Shown in pieces: positions 19,175-27,873 of a DNA stretch of 40,943 nucleotides (its first letter is position 1; every line of letters starts with the position of its first letter). Origin of the DNA: a virus (taxonomy: Duplodnaviria > Caudoviricetes); the IMG/VR virus record IMGVR_UViG_3300049924_000109, positions 1-40,943 of that record, one strand, 5' to 3'. The notes under the pieces are model-generated. The model did not search any database and was not told the DNA's origin. It worked only from the letters and a program-made list of their open reading frames with translations. Both the position numbers and the translations under genes were made by a program.

Positions 19175-21334
19175 TTACGGTGCTTGGAAGCCTTGCAGGT
19201 TTGCGTACACTTGCGCCCCAGTGGTTACGCAAGCGATATTCAAAGCGGTCGCCGCTGTTCCCTTTAATGGGGATGGGAAGGCGACGTGAAAGTTTGGTGT
19301 GTTTGCTGGAAGTTGGCAGCGCCACAAAACAGTAGATGCGCCATCCTTAATTACAAATTCAGTCGCAGTGGCGTTTGCGTTTGACAAACTTATTCCGGTC
19401 ACGTAGTTTCTAATCCCCGCCGCACCAGCGGCTCGCGCAACAACATCAGCGGTATTTGTAATGCCGCCAGCCGCCGCCGCATAAGCCCAGTCAAGCTCAG
19501 GGATTGAATACGGCTTTGCAATTTGCGCGCCAACAGTCGTGGTAATAAGGTCAGCAACGTCACCTGAAGCGACTGCTGCGTAATTTGAAGTTACCGCACG
19601 GCCAGCAACCCTAACTGGGCTGCCTGATATTGGTGAATCATGGGCCGTTTGACCGTTTTGTATCGCCGCCGTTGTAACGGTTGTAGAAACAGTAACCGGG
19701 ATTGGAGCATCATTATTAGATGCCCTGTTTATCAGCTCTACTCTTTCACGCTCGTATTGAAACACCCGCGCAAAACTAATTCTAATGTCGGTGCGTTTTA
19801 TAACTGCGCCGCCACAGTTGGTTGATGCAAAGTCGGAAGGCATGGCTACGCCGTCAATTCGCTCCAGCTCAAGCGTGGTTGAGTTGTTATTACGCACTCG
19901 GTATGCGCCATCTACACCAAGCGTAGCACCGTCTGTATTATTTCGCAGTCCAACAACGTTTACATAATCTCCGATCAGATAGGTAGCGCCCCAGCTTGTG
20001 TTGCCAACCAAAGTAAGCACGCCGCTGGACAATGTAGCCGTTGAGCACGCAACGTTTGCAGCGCCGTTAGATGTAATAACAACGCCGCCATTGCAGCGGG
20101 AAATAAAACCCCCGTAGCTTGTCGCAGTGACGGCTGGCCCCCATACCAAAGTAATTGACGTCGCATTTACAACCCCGCCAACTGCGGTTGCTGTCGTGAT
20201 ATTAGGGAAGTTGGTTTGGTCTCGCGTACCGAATATGGTTATTTGATCAGCAGTTGTAAGACCATGCGGGCGGTCAAATACGATTGTCGCTGTTGTTGTG
20301 CCTGTTTTCGTTGCGCTAATAATTTGTGCTGTTGGAGTAGTAAATGATTTATTGTTTACTGCCCTGATCCGCAGCTTATACAGCTTATCTGGCCCCGGAA
20401 CTACTTGTGACCTAATATACCTTAATGATGGGTTTGCAGCCTGATCAATCGGCGAGTCATAAACAGTGACTCGGTCTTGCACAATGTTCAGCCGGTATTC
20501 AGAGGTAGGGGTAAATGCGTATGTGTATGGCGCGTTGATTGCCTGCACAGAACTTGTCGAAGCGCTGCCGATCGAGTGGTTACCTGTTGCCGTTCCACTT
20601 ACTATAGCATCGCCTGATGACCGCCGAATGTAGCACGACATGTTTGTTATTTGCGTGTTGTTGAATATCATCGACACGCCATCTTGCGCATACCCGAGTA
20701 GGCTGCGAAAGAAAACAAAACCTTCAGTAAACGGCCCGGCGTTTACGGATTGAAGGTTGCCACCAGGCCCAGCCGTAACAGTAAACTGATTCGGAGAAGG
20801 AATAGTCGCTACAGTAATTGATGGATAGTTTAATTGGCTGTTGCTTACTCCATAAATTCCAATACTCATGCCCGGAGTGAGGCCGTGAGGCACTGCCGTG
20901 TTGACCGTAAGCGTACTACCAGATTGACTAATGCTGCTAATTGCAATGTCTGAAGGGGCCGCTATTTGATCATCACTTACAACCTCGACCGAAAACTCTT
21001 GCCCTAACGTTCTTTGCGAAATACTAAGTCCAATTGACGCATCAACCGGGATATTAAAGCGGCTGATTGTTTCTATTGCCGAACTGGTGCCAGTTGACAG
21101 CGGGTCTTTTGAAATTACAAGATAGCTAGCGCCGTTTGCGTTACCGTCAACTCGGATAATGTCGCCGCTTGCTTTTGTTTCAGCCCACACGCCACCGGTA
21201 TTAGGGGCATAATTTTCAAAGGCCTCGTGCAGCTTTGTCGCAATGTTTTCCGATGGCGAAATAGCATCGCCACTATCTGGGTCAACAATATAAACGCCGT
21301 CGACGTCGCCTTTAAGCGTTTTTATTTGCGACAT
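19175..21334 (-). CDS. large beta-rich virion protein (putative head fiber/decoration)
   Basis: 719 aa, Thr/Ser/Ala/Gly-rich, repeated T.T....PHGL..G..I.I.G modules; between capsid and adaptor genes. Confidence 0.6.
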   Translation of the reverse strand: MSQIKTLKGDVDGVYIVDPDSGDAISPSENIATKLHEAFENYAPNTGGVWAETKASGDIIRVDGNANGASYLVISKDPLSTGTSSAIETISRFNIPVDASIGLSISQRTLGQEFSVEVVSDDQIAAPSDIAISSISQSGSTLTVNTAVPHGLTPGMSIGIYGVSNSQLNYPSITVATIPSPNQFTVTAGPGGNLQSVNAGPFTEGFVFFRSLLGYAQDGVSMIFNNTQITNMSCYIRRSSGDAIVSGTATGNHSIGSASTSSVQAINAPYTYAFTPTSEYRLNIVQDRVTVYDSPIDQAANPSLRYIRSQVVPGPDKLYKLRIRAVNNKSFTTPTAQIISATKTGTTTATIVFDRPHGLTTADQITIFGTRDQTNFPNITTATAVGGVVNATSITLVWGPAVTATSYGGFISRCNGGVVITSNGAANVACSTATLSSGVLTLVGNTSWGATYLIGDYVNVVGLRNNTDGATLGVDGAYRVRNNNSTTLELERIDGVAMPSDFASTNCGGAVIKRTDIRISFARVFQYERERVELINRASNNDAPIPVTVSTTVTTAAIQNGQTAHDSPISGSPVRVAGRAVTSNYAAVASGDVADLITTTVGAQIAKPYSIPELDWAYAAAAGGITNTADVVARAAGAAGIRNYVTGISLSNANATATEFVIKDGASTVLWRCQLPANTPNFHVAFPSPLKGTAATALNIACVTTGAQVYANLQGFQAP

Positions 21335-21531
21335 TATTCTTCACCCTTATCTTTAGCGGGCCTGCCGGGCTTTTTCTTTTCCTCAGCTTCAACAACCTCA
21401 GCAAAATCGACTCCGATGTGCATTTTGATACTGGCGAGCGTCACTTCATCAGCAACCTCAAATTCTTGCAGCGGCGCAATAATTTTGCCGTTGACGCCAT
21501 AAGCGCGGGCAGATACGTTTTTGAGCTTCAT
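21334..21531 (-). CDS. small head-associated protein
   Basis: 65 aa right after the capsid gene; basic KKKPGRPAK tail. Confidence 0.65.
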   Translation of the reverse strand: MKLKNVSARAYGVNGKIIAPLQEFEVADEVTLASIKMHIGVDFAEVVEAEEKKKPGRPAKDKGEE

Positions 21532-21553
21532 TCTGTAACCTTTTGTTGATATT

Positions 21554-21576
21554 CAAGAAGGGGGCCGAAGCCCCCC
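21554..21576 (-). terminator. hairpin / probable terminator after major capsid gene
   Basis: GGGGGC-TTCG-GCCCCC followed by TTCTT just after the stop; U-tract is weak. Confidence 0.65.
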
Positions 21577-21581
21577 ATTTA

Positions 21582-22526
21582 TTAGATTGAGTCGCCAATT
21601 GCAAAGGCAAGCGGATACTCAACAATAACGCCACCGAACCGAGACTCACAGGGTATCTCAAACTCAAGTCCCTTTTGCTGTGGCGCGTATTGACGGAATA
21701 CCATCGGGATTTCCAATTGCATATTGTCAATGCTGAACTCGCCAGCAACCAGCTTATCAAGGCCACCCACGCCATCCAATTCCAAAGCGGCACGGAAAGT
21801 GACGCCCGGATTGTTAGCTTGCAAGAAGGCCAAAATAGTGGTGTCAGTGGTCGAGCTGCGCGGCTGCGAGCTAATTTGCGCAAATTGCTCAAGCGGCATA
21901 AGCACAGTATTCGGGCGGTGGACGCCTTTAGACTGTGTTAGCGCTTGATTAATGATGCCGTTCACATCACGGATGATTTGATCGGCAGTCTTGTTTACCC
22001 ACAGTTTACTTGATCCAATGCCGTCAGCGGTCACTGTATATACCGGGATGTTGGTATTGCTCAGGAAGCCAGGCAAGCCGGTCACCGTATCACCGAACCA
22101 CGCGAGGCGGTTCATCAGTTCTTCATGCGCACGCATAGCTGATCGCATTTTGCGCTCAGAAAGCGGCATGCCGGTCATCATTGCGCTGCGAATTTCCTGC
22201 ATGTTGTAGCCGTAGCTGATACCGATGCCGCGCACTGGCGAGGTGAATTCCTTACCAGTCACGTCAGCGCGGGGCAAGTCGTTCGCGTAATTTGCGATGA
22301 TCTTGGCAGCGCCGACGCTGTCATATTGACGGTACGTAATAGTCGCCGCACCTTCGGGCGTGGAAGTGGACACGGGGAACACTTCCATCGCGCTCAGGCG
22401 GGCGCGTTTTACGTCGTAGGCTTGTGCCTTGATAGCCTCAAGCTGCCGCGCAAAAAACACGGTTTCATTCGCGTCCAAGCGGCCAGTTGCTTCAATGGCC
22501 CGCAGGTCTTGTGCGTCGTAGTTCAT
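21582..22526 (-). CDS. major capsid protein (DUF2184 / encapsulin-like HK97 fold)
   Basis: FFARQLE, DLPRAD, NRLAWFGD, SRFGGVIVEYP motifs. Confidence 0.92.
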   Translation of the reverse strand: MNYDAQDLRAIEATGRLDANETVFFARQLEAIKAQAYDVKRARLSAMEVFPVSTSTPEGAATITYRQYDSVGAAKIIANYANDLPRADVTGKEFTSPVRGIGISYGYNMQEIRSAMMTGMPLSERKMRSAMRAHEELMNRLAWFGDTVTGLPGFLSNTNIPVYTVTADGIGSSKLWVNKTADQIIRDVNGIINQALTQSKGVHRPNTVLMPLEQFAQISSQPRSSTTDTTILAFLQANNPGVTFRAALELDGVGGLDKLVAGEFSIDNMQLEIPMVFRQYAPQQKGLEFEIPCESRFGGVIVEYPLAFAIGDSI

Positions 22527-22993
22527 TATTTCACCTCCACAATAGCCAAGCCAGCGGCGCTGGTGGCAGTTACAAAACGGACAGCCAGTTGAGTGATGGC
22601 CTCAATGCCAGCACCAACCGCCTCATCGGTGAATTTGCCGGATGCAAGGTGCAGGTTGGCAACCGAACCGGCAACTACCGCATCGTTTGTTTCCACCCAA
22701 AGTCGGCCAGCTTTAAGCACGTTGACGGTTTCTTTGTCAGCGTACTGAACCAGCCCGCCAGTACCTTGCTCACGGGCTTGGCCACTGATGGCAAAACCCA
22801 CGACAAGCGCGCCTTGACCGACAGCGGTGCTGGACTGCACAACTTGACGCTCGCGATTGGTGCCAAGGCGTACCGTGCGGCCAATATTAACCGCGCCTTC
22901 TGCACTATAACTGACAATATCATTGTCAGACAGATCGGCAAGCATGCCATTAAAGGCAATATCGCCATATTGAGAAACTGTAGTTTGAGACAT
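22526..22993 (-). CDS. capsid decoration/cement protein
   Basis: VNVLKAGRLWV motif, between scaffold/protease and capsid genes. Confidence 0.75.
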   Translation of the reverse strand: MSQTTVSQYGDIAFNGMLADLSDNDIVSYSAEGAVNIGRTVRLGTNRERQVVQSSTAVGQGALVVGFAISGQAREQGTGGLVQYADKETVNVLKAGRLWVETNDAVVAGSVANLHLASGKFTDEAVGAGIEAITQLAVRFVTATSAAGLAIVEVK

Positions 22994-22996
22994 TTT

Positions 22997-24079
22997 TTAG
23001 CCTTTCTTGCCTAGGGATTTTTTGTACTCTTCGTACTTTTGAGCGGCGGTCATAACTGGCGCGCCATTAGTATCTTGTACGGTCTTGCGTTGCGCTGCAA
23101 TAGCCGCGTCAGCTTTCATGCTTACCGACATATCAAAAGCGGCCTGAACGTATTCGTCAGACTTGCCGGTTAGGTCAGCATCAGCACGCACAGACTTAAT
23201 TACCGCTTCTTTTACTTCACGGTCAGTCTTGCCAGCGTGGTCAACCTTGAAGCCTTCGGCGGCTTTCTCAAGCTCGGCGCGGGCCTTTACTTGCGCATGG
23301 GCAAGCGTCAGCGCATCGGCCTTCACTTTATCCAGCTCAGCGGCAAAGCCATCAACTCGGGCTTTTAGAGTATCACGCTCGCCTGCCAGCTTTTCAGCTT
23401 CATTTTTAGCGGATTCAGCCTTGTTTTTAAAATCGGCAACGTCTGCGCGCAACTTATCGAGCGCGTGCGCTACCTCGGGAGCAGCATCATACTCGATGCC
23501 ATTATCTAGCCGCACGCGGCTCAGTTTCTCAGACATTACGTCCTCCATGAAAGCAACCGCATCGAAGCGGTCAAGATTGAGCCGGGCATTGCCTGCACGG
23601 CCCTTCGGCACCAGCGCCAAGTGATTGACGCGGATGTTTCTTTGCACGGCGTCGTATTTCTCGCCGTTGTATTCGCCGGGTGTTTCGTCTAGATCGACAG
23701 AATAGCCAAGCGACAATTCTCTAATTCCGCCTTTTTCTGCCTTAGATATAGCATCGGCATCCTGAATAATAATATCCGCCCGTACGTCATTTCCGTCAGG
23801 CTTTCCAGCCCCTAGGATGGTGCCGATAGTCAGCTTTTTATAATTTGCCGCCGTAACTTTGCCGTTTGGGTGTTGGTCAGTGATCGGCTTGCCTGCCATG
23901 CTTGCTAGCGCATCAGCGTGGAAAACCTCTTCAGGCGGCCTGTATTCTTTGCGGACTGTGCCGTCAGCGTTCATGTATGTTTGAATGCCTACGCGGCCCA
24001 CGATAGGCGTATCCACCAAATAACCTTCATCAGTTTTGGTAGCCTTGAACTTGGCAAAATCGAAACGATTAACGCTCAT
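22997..24079 (-). CDS. prohead protease/scaffold (DUF2213-like)
   Basis: GKPITDQHP, ELSLGY, NHLALVPKGRAG; coiled-coil C-terminal scaffold. Confidence 0.9.
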   Translation of the reverse strand: MSVNRFDFAKFKATKTDEGYLVDTPIVGRVGIQTYMNADGTVRKEYRPPEEVFHADALASMAGKPITDQHPNGKVTAANYKKLTIGTILGAGKPDGNDVRADIIIQDADAISKAEKGGIRELSLGYSVDLDETPGEYNGEKYDAVQRNIRVNHLALVPKGRAGNARLNLDRFDAVAFMEDVMSEKLSRVRLDNGIEYDAAPEVAHALDKLRADVADFKNKAESAKNEAEKLAGERDTLKARVDGFAAELDKVKADALTLAHAQVKARAELEKAAEGFKVDHAGKTDREVKEAVIKSVRADADLTGKSDEYVQAAFDMSVSMKADAAIAAQRKTVQDTNGAPVMTAAQKYEEYKKSLGKKG

Positions 24080-24114
24080 GCTTGGATTTTATGCCTTATT
24101 GTAATAAGGCGCAA
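24080..24114 (-). promoter_or_regulatory. putative promoter with operator-like palindrome, leaderless start
   Basis: TTGCGC-17 nt-TAAAAT (24091-24086), 6 nt before ATG; spacer holds palindrome GCCTTATT-NN-AATAAGGC. Confidence 0.55.
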
Positions 24115-24154
24115 CATTTAGCAAATTCTATCCATGCGGCATACCGTGTCAAAT

Positions 24155-25966
24155 TTATTCATCAGGCAGCAAAAGCTCAGCGCGGCACCTGCAATTGTGT
24201 ATAATCAGGCTGTCACTCGTATACCATGAGTGCAAAGTCTGGAGATTATATACATGGGCGTACGTGTTTTCACTGTCGAACTTCTCGCTAACGCGAAGCG
24301 CATTTTTAATGAAGCCAACGGCGGTAAAAGTATTTCCGAAGTTGCCAATTTTCTCGGGTGCAATCCTACAAACCTCCGAAAGGCGCTCGGCATTGCTGGA
24401 TACACAATCCCGCGATTCAGACAGCCGATACACAACCGAAAACAATTGCCTATTGATGAATTGGTTGCAAAATATGCTACTGGACAAAGCGAACTTGCTT
24501 TGTCCAAAGAATACCAATGCAGCCGGGATGTGATACGCCGCCGCCTTATCGAAGGCGGTGCAGATATTAGAAATGGCAGCCAGGCGAATCTCATCCGAAT
24601 GGCTAGACTCACGGTTGATGAGCGAAAGCAGCTTACAAAATCCGCGAACAACGCAATCCGAGGAGTACCAGAGCCTAAAAGCAGAAAGCGCAAGCGGTCG
24701 ATTAATACTGAACTCGGTATTGCTCAATATGTTATCGGCCACGGCGAAAAAGAGTTCTCCGAGAGGCTTAATGAACTCGGAATTCAACATGTCAGGCAAA
24801 AATCCGTCGATGTTTATAGTCTGGACTTCGCTATCAATGGCATCGCCGTTGAACTCAAAGCCGGGAAGTGTCTTCGAAGTGTCAAAGCCGACGTAGCTAG
24901 AAATAGAGTCAAAAATCTGGCCAATTTGAATTGGCGCTGCTTGTATATCGTTTTTGAAACCGTAGAAGCCCTCATTGCTAGTGCTGAACAAATAATCGCC
25001 CACATTGACGTTTTGAATGGGCTGCCATCCCCTGTTAGTCAATATCGGGTGATTAATTGTCGCTTCGATACTTTTGCCACTCTCCGTGATGAGCGTGGTT
25101 GCTTTTACTGTGTTAGTACGCCTCCACAGCTTAGAACAACCGTGCGCGACTTCGATGTTTGAGTGATAAGGTAGACAGCGTATCGGCGTCCCGGGGTGCC
25201 CTACTGCTGGCGGCTTATCCCAGCTAAACACTCGCCCCTCTAAATCTGCGTGCTCAGGCCGGACGCGGCTATCGTTTACTGTTCGCCAAATATACTCACG
25301 CACACCGATGGACTCGGCCCTGATTCTAGTTATTCTGGCATTCGCGCTCAATATCTGGTCTTGCGCAATAAGCGTAGCCCTGTTCTTTGTCACGTCGAAT
25401 TGAGCTTGTATCTGGTCGCTTATTTGCTTGACAGAATTCCCGCCAAATACGCCGTTTTGAATAATCGTGGTCAATCTCTCGTGGTATTGAGTCCCTATTG
25501 ACTTCACCAGCGACACATTCTGCTGCACCCACACGGCCTGCAAATCTTTAATCCACGGCTCGCCACGGTATAGGTCAACCGATAGCGGCGATGGTCTTGC
25601 ACCGGCTATAGCTGGAGGCAATTCTTTTCCAGTTGCGGCCTTTACTGCAAGAATTAGCGCCCGGTCGTTATTCTTTGCCAGTAGCGTGAAAATTCCCGGT
25701 AATTTTGCCTCTACGATGCCGGTAGATAGTGCTATCGAGTCAAGGAAAGCCGCAAGGATAACGGCTATATCGTCGACGTAGCTATCGGCCTTAATCTCGC
25801 CTGACTTCACCAGTCCATGCAGCTTTGGCAATACTATCTTCTTTGTGCTTGCTGCCAACTGCCGAACGTACCATTGCAGCAGGCGTATATATTCCCGCTC
25901 GGCTTGGTCTGGCGGCTTTAGCTCGGCTGTCTTAGGCTTCTTCACCATTATCTTCGCCGGTTTCAA
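24155..25966 (-). CDS. head morphogenesis protein (SPP1 gp7 / MuF family), intein-containing
   Basis: RATLIAQDQ, YIWRTVNDSRVRPEH, GHPG.PIR//CRC motifs; 275-aa extein after removal of the intein. Confidence 0.92.
   Translation of the reverse strand: MKPAKIMVKKPKTAELKPPDQAEREYIRLLQWYVRQLAASTKKIVLPKLHGLVKSGEIKADSYVDDIAVILAAFLDSIALSTGIVEAKLPGIFTLLAKNNDRALILAVKAATGKELPPAIAGARPSPLSVDLYRGEPWIKDLQAVWVQQNVSLVKSIGTQYHERLTTIIQNGVFGGNSVKQISDQIQAQFDVTKNRATLIAQDQILSANARITRIRAESIGVREYIWRTVNDSRVRPEHADLEGRVFSWDKPPAVGHPGTPIRCLPYHSNIEVAHGCSKLWRRTNTVKATTLITESGKSIEATINHPILTNRGWQPIQNVNVGDYLFSTSNEGFYGFKNDIQAAPIQIGQIFDSISSYVGFDTSKTLPGFEFNGDAIDSEVQTINIDGFLPDMLNSEFIKPLGELFFAVADNILSNTEFSINRPLALSAFRLWYSSDCVVRGFCKLLSLINRESSHSDEIRLAAISNICTAFDKAAAYHIPAALVFFGQSKFALSSSIFCNQFINRQLFSVVYRLSESRDCVSSNAERLSEVCRIAPEKIGNFGNTFTAVGFIKNALRVSEKFDSENTYAHVYNLQTLHSWYTSDSLIIHNCRCRAELLLPDE
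24194..25177 (-). mobile_element. intein, 328 aa
   Basis: starts CLPYHS (block A), ATINHPILTNRGW (block B TxxH), VYNLQT (block F), ends IIHN followed by Cys+1; splicing restores PIR-CRC. Confidence 0.92.
24254..25162 (+). CDS. putative homing endonuclease (2x HTH + Vsr/DUF559-like PD-(D/E)xK nuclease), antisense inside the intein
   Basis: GGAGA RBS at 24241-24245, 8 nt before ATG; two HTH-like repeats; E..F...L...GI...RQ..V..YSLDFAINGIAVELK...NW.CLYI nuclease pattern. Confidence 0.75.
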   Translation: MGVRVFTVELLANAKRIFNEANGGKSISEVANFLGCNPTNLRKALGIAGYTIPRFRQPIHNRKQLPIDELVAKYATGQSELALSKEYQCSRDVIRRRLIEGGADIRNGSQANLIRMARLTVDERKQLTKSANNAIRGVPEPKSRKRKRSINTELGIAQYVIGHGEKEFSERLNELGIQHVRQKSVDVYSLDFAINGIAVELKAGKCLRSVKADVARNRVKNLANLNWRCLYIVFETVEALIASAEQIIAHIDVLNGLPSPVSQYRVINCRFDTFATLRDERGCFYCVSTPPQLRTTVRDFDV

Positions 25967-27269
25967 TGGTCACGCTACCGTCCATCACATACTCGCCTTC
26001 CTGCATTAGAGTAGCCCTGCCCTCGCTAGGGTCTAGCACACCGGCTGCAATATATGCGGCCATTGTGTCTGCCTTGATTTTCTCGGCCTCAGCTTCCATC
26101 CGCTCAACTTCGGCCTCGTCTTTTTCGCTTGGCACGTATAACGGGTTGAATTTAATAAGGTAATCTTCAGGCAGGCCGTATGCTTTAACCAACAGCCCAA
26201 CCACTTTATCCACCGGCGCGAGTAGCTTCGTTTTCTGCAATTGCTTAATCTGCGAGTGCCAGTTTTGCAGGTCGCCCTCGTTATTGCCGCCAAGCCCTTT
26301 AGATTGTTCACCCAGTAGCAAAGTCCGAGGCATGCCAGTCACTGCGCATAATGCAGTCGCGAATCGGTCGATTACGTCAGGCACCCCGGCAAGCGATGCG
26401 CTATTGATCGTGTATTCATCCTCCGAGTCAATCGCTACCGTGTTCAAGATATTGCGCGACATATCGAGGATGTTCAAGCGATTCATAATCGCCCGCTGCC
26501 CATCCGCTGCCATCATCTGCTGCGCCATGCCGCGCATTTTATTGACCGCCTGCTGTGATCGCTCCAGTAGCTTTTCGGCCCACTGATGCGATACCCCGTA
26601 TCTTTGGAGCTGAACCCAGCATTTAGATAGTACCGATCCGCTCCAGCCGTCTTGCAGCTCACGTAGCCGCTCAGGGATATACTCACCGTGGATTACGATG
26701 CACCGTGATTCATGCACCGTGTAAGGTATGCCGCTCATAGGTGACACTAAATACCTCTCAGTCTGCCCGTATCTGCTATCCGCTGGGTCGCTGTATTTGA
26801 CCATCCGCGATACTCTATGCCTGTCATATACCCGCATAAAGTCAACCCCGCGCACCCCGTTTTCGTTTAGCGGGTCCTCAAGTGCGCCGCCATCCTGCAC
26901 GCCTAGCACGATCAAAGCGCCGCCGTACAGTGCCGATAGCTTCAGGGCCTCGCATAGGCGCTCCATGGCCTCAAGCTCTTCCATGCGCACCATCACGCGG
27001 TCGTATGCGTCGTCTTCTTCGCCCTCAATCTCAAACCCTGCGCGCACCATATCGCCAGCAGGCACGTCGATGATTCTGCGGGCAAAGCCATCACCCACAT
27101 ATAGATCAGCCAGCTCAGCCTCAGTGAAGATGCGCGCCGCCGCTGCCTGCGTGTACGCCCCGGGGTCACGCCTTGACCCTAATCCGCTTACAAGATTTAG
27201 GTACGCGCCGTCGTTATGAACTGCGTCTTTTCGGGGTCTGCCTACTGGCCTGCCGGTCGGTTTAGTCAT
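25932..27269 (-). CDS. portal protein (DUF1073-like)
   Basis: ARRIIDVPAGDMVRAG, VHESR, TGMPRTLLLGEQ..G, FNPL motifs; between terminase and MuF genes. Confidence 0.9.
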   Translation of the reverse strand: MTKPTGRPVGRPRKDAVHNDGAYLNLVSGLGSRRDPGAYTQAAAARIFTEAELADLYVGDGFARRIIDVPAGDMVRAGFEIEGEEDDAYDRVMVRMEELEAMERLCEALKLSALYGGALIVLGVQDGGALEDPLNENGVRGVDFMRVYDRHRVSRMVKYSDPADSRYGQTERYLVSPMSGIPYTVHESRCIVIHGEYIPERLRELQDGWSGSVLSKCWVQLQRYGVSHQWAEKLLERSQQAVNKMRGMAQQMMAADGQRAIMNRLNILDMSRNILNTVAIDSEDEYTINSASLAGVPDVIDRFATALCAVTGMPRTLLLGEQSKGLGGNNEGDLQNWHSQIKQLQKTKLLAPVDKVVGLLVKAYGLPEDYLIKFNPLYVPSEKDEAEVERMEAEAEKIKADTMAAYIAAGVLDPSEGRATLMQEGEYVMDGSVTIETGEDNGEEA

Positions 27270-27303
27270 GGCTTTATTGTAGAGTTTTCCCCTATTTTTT
27301 CAA
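27270..27303 (-). promoter_or_regulatory. putative promoter, leaderless start for portal
   Basis: TTGAAA-16 nt-TACAAT (27281-27276), 6 nt before ATG, no SD. Confidence 0.5.
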
Positions 27304-27327
27304 AATAAATTAGAAAATTGAGACAAT

Positions 27328-27374
27328 GCGCGAAAAGCGTGTTACAATTCAATCATCAACAACGCACTGGAGTG
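27328..27374 (+). promoter_or_regulatory. promoter-RBS cassette, copy 1
   Basis: extended -10 TGtTACAAT and GGAG RBS; 40/47 identical to 34387-34433 on the minus strand. Confidence 0.7.
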
Positions 27375-27377
27375 AAA

Positions 27378-27596
27378 ATGACACAAAGATTTGCATATGA
27401 GTGGGAAGTTCCGGCAGACAGCTCTGCGATGCTTATGCGGCATGAAGAGGACAAAGCGATGCTTTCTAAAATACTGAATGAGACTCTAAAACGGCCACTT
27501 TCAAGCTGGATAAACCCAAAAGATAGAGAGTATTGGGTCAAAAAAGCCCAAACACTTCAGTGCAGAATTGATTCTTACGAGCAGTCAACCAAATAA
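27378..27596 (+). CDS. hypothetical protein (moron-like insert)
   Basis: ATG at 27378 after GGAG; opposite strand to the flanking operon. Confidence 0.7.
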   Translation: MTQRFAYEWEVPADSSAMLMRHEEDKAMLSKILNETLKRPLSSWINPKDREYWVKKAQTLQCRIDSYEQSTK

Positions 27597-27639
27597 TCCA
27601 AGCCCTTCGGGGCTTTTCATCAACGCAACGGGGCAAAAA

Positions 27640-27873
27640 ATGGCAGATTTCACATATACCGATCAAGGGCTGTTTTACACTTTCTCACCAGAATCAGCAT
27701 CAGCCGTGAAAGTGTGGAATGAAATAGCGGCCCAGAATGGCGGGGATGTTAAGGTGCTACACAATCACGCGCCTCAGCTTATTGCTCAGCTCAAGTTTGC
27801 AGGGTACACGGTGCGCAAGGCAAAGCCGGTCAAAATAGATGATGACGCACTAGCTGAAGGGCTTGGCATTTAG
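27640..27873 (+). CDS. hypothetical protein (moron-like insert)
   Basis: ATG at 27640 after a GCCC-TTCG-GGGC hairpin; stop overlaps the terL stop. Confidence 0.7.
   Translation: MADFTYTDQGLFYTFSPESASAVKVWNEIAAQNGGDVKVLHNHAPQLIAQLKFAGYTVRKAKPVKIDDDALAEGLGI

Noticed and set aside
24205-24896. Other ORFs inside the intein (24205-24693 minus; 24195-24533 and 24558-24896 plus)
   Set aside because: No RBS or recognisable motifs, unlike the 24254-25162 frame
25932-27269. DUF1073 protein as an anti-CBASS nuclease
   Set aside because: Size, motifs and position between terL and MuF indicate a portal; no HxT phosphoesterase motifs seen
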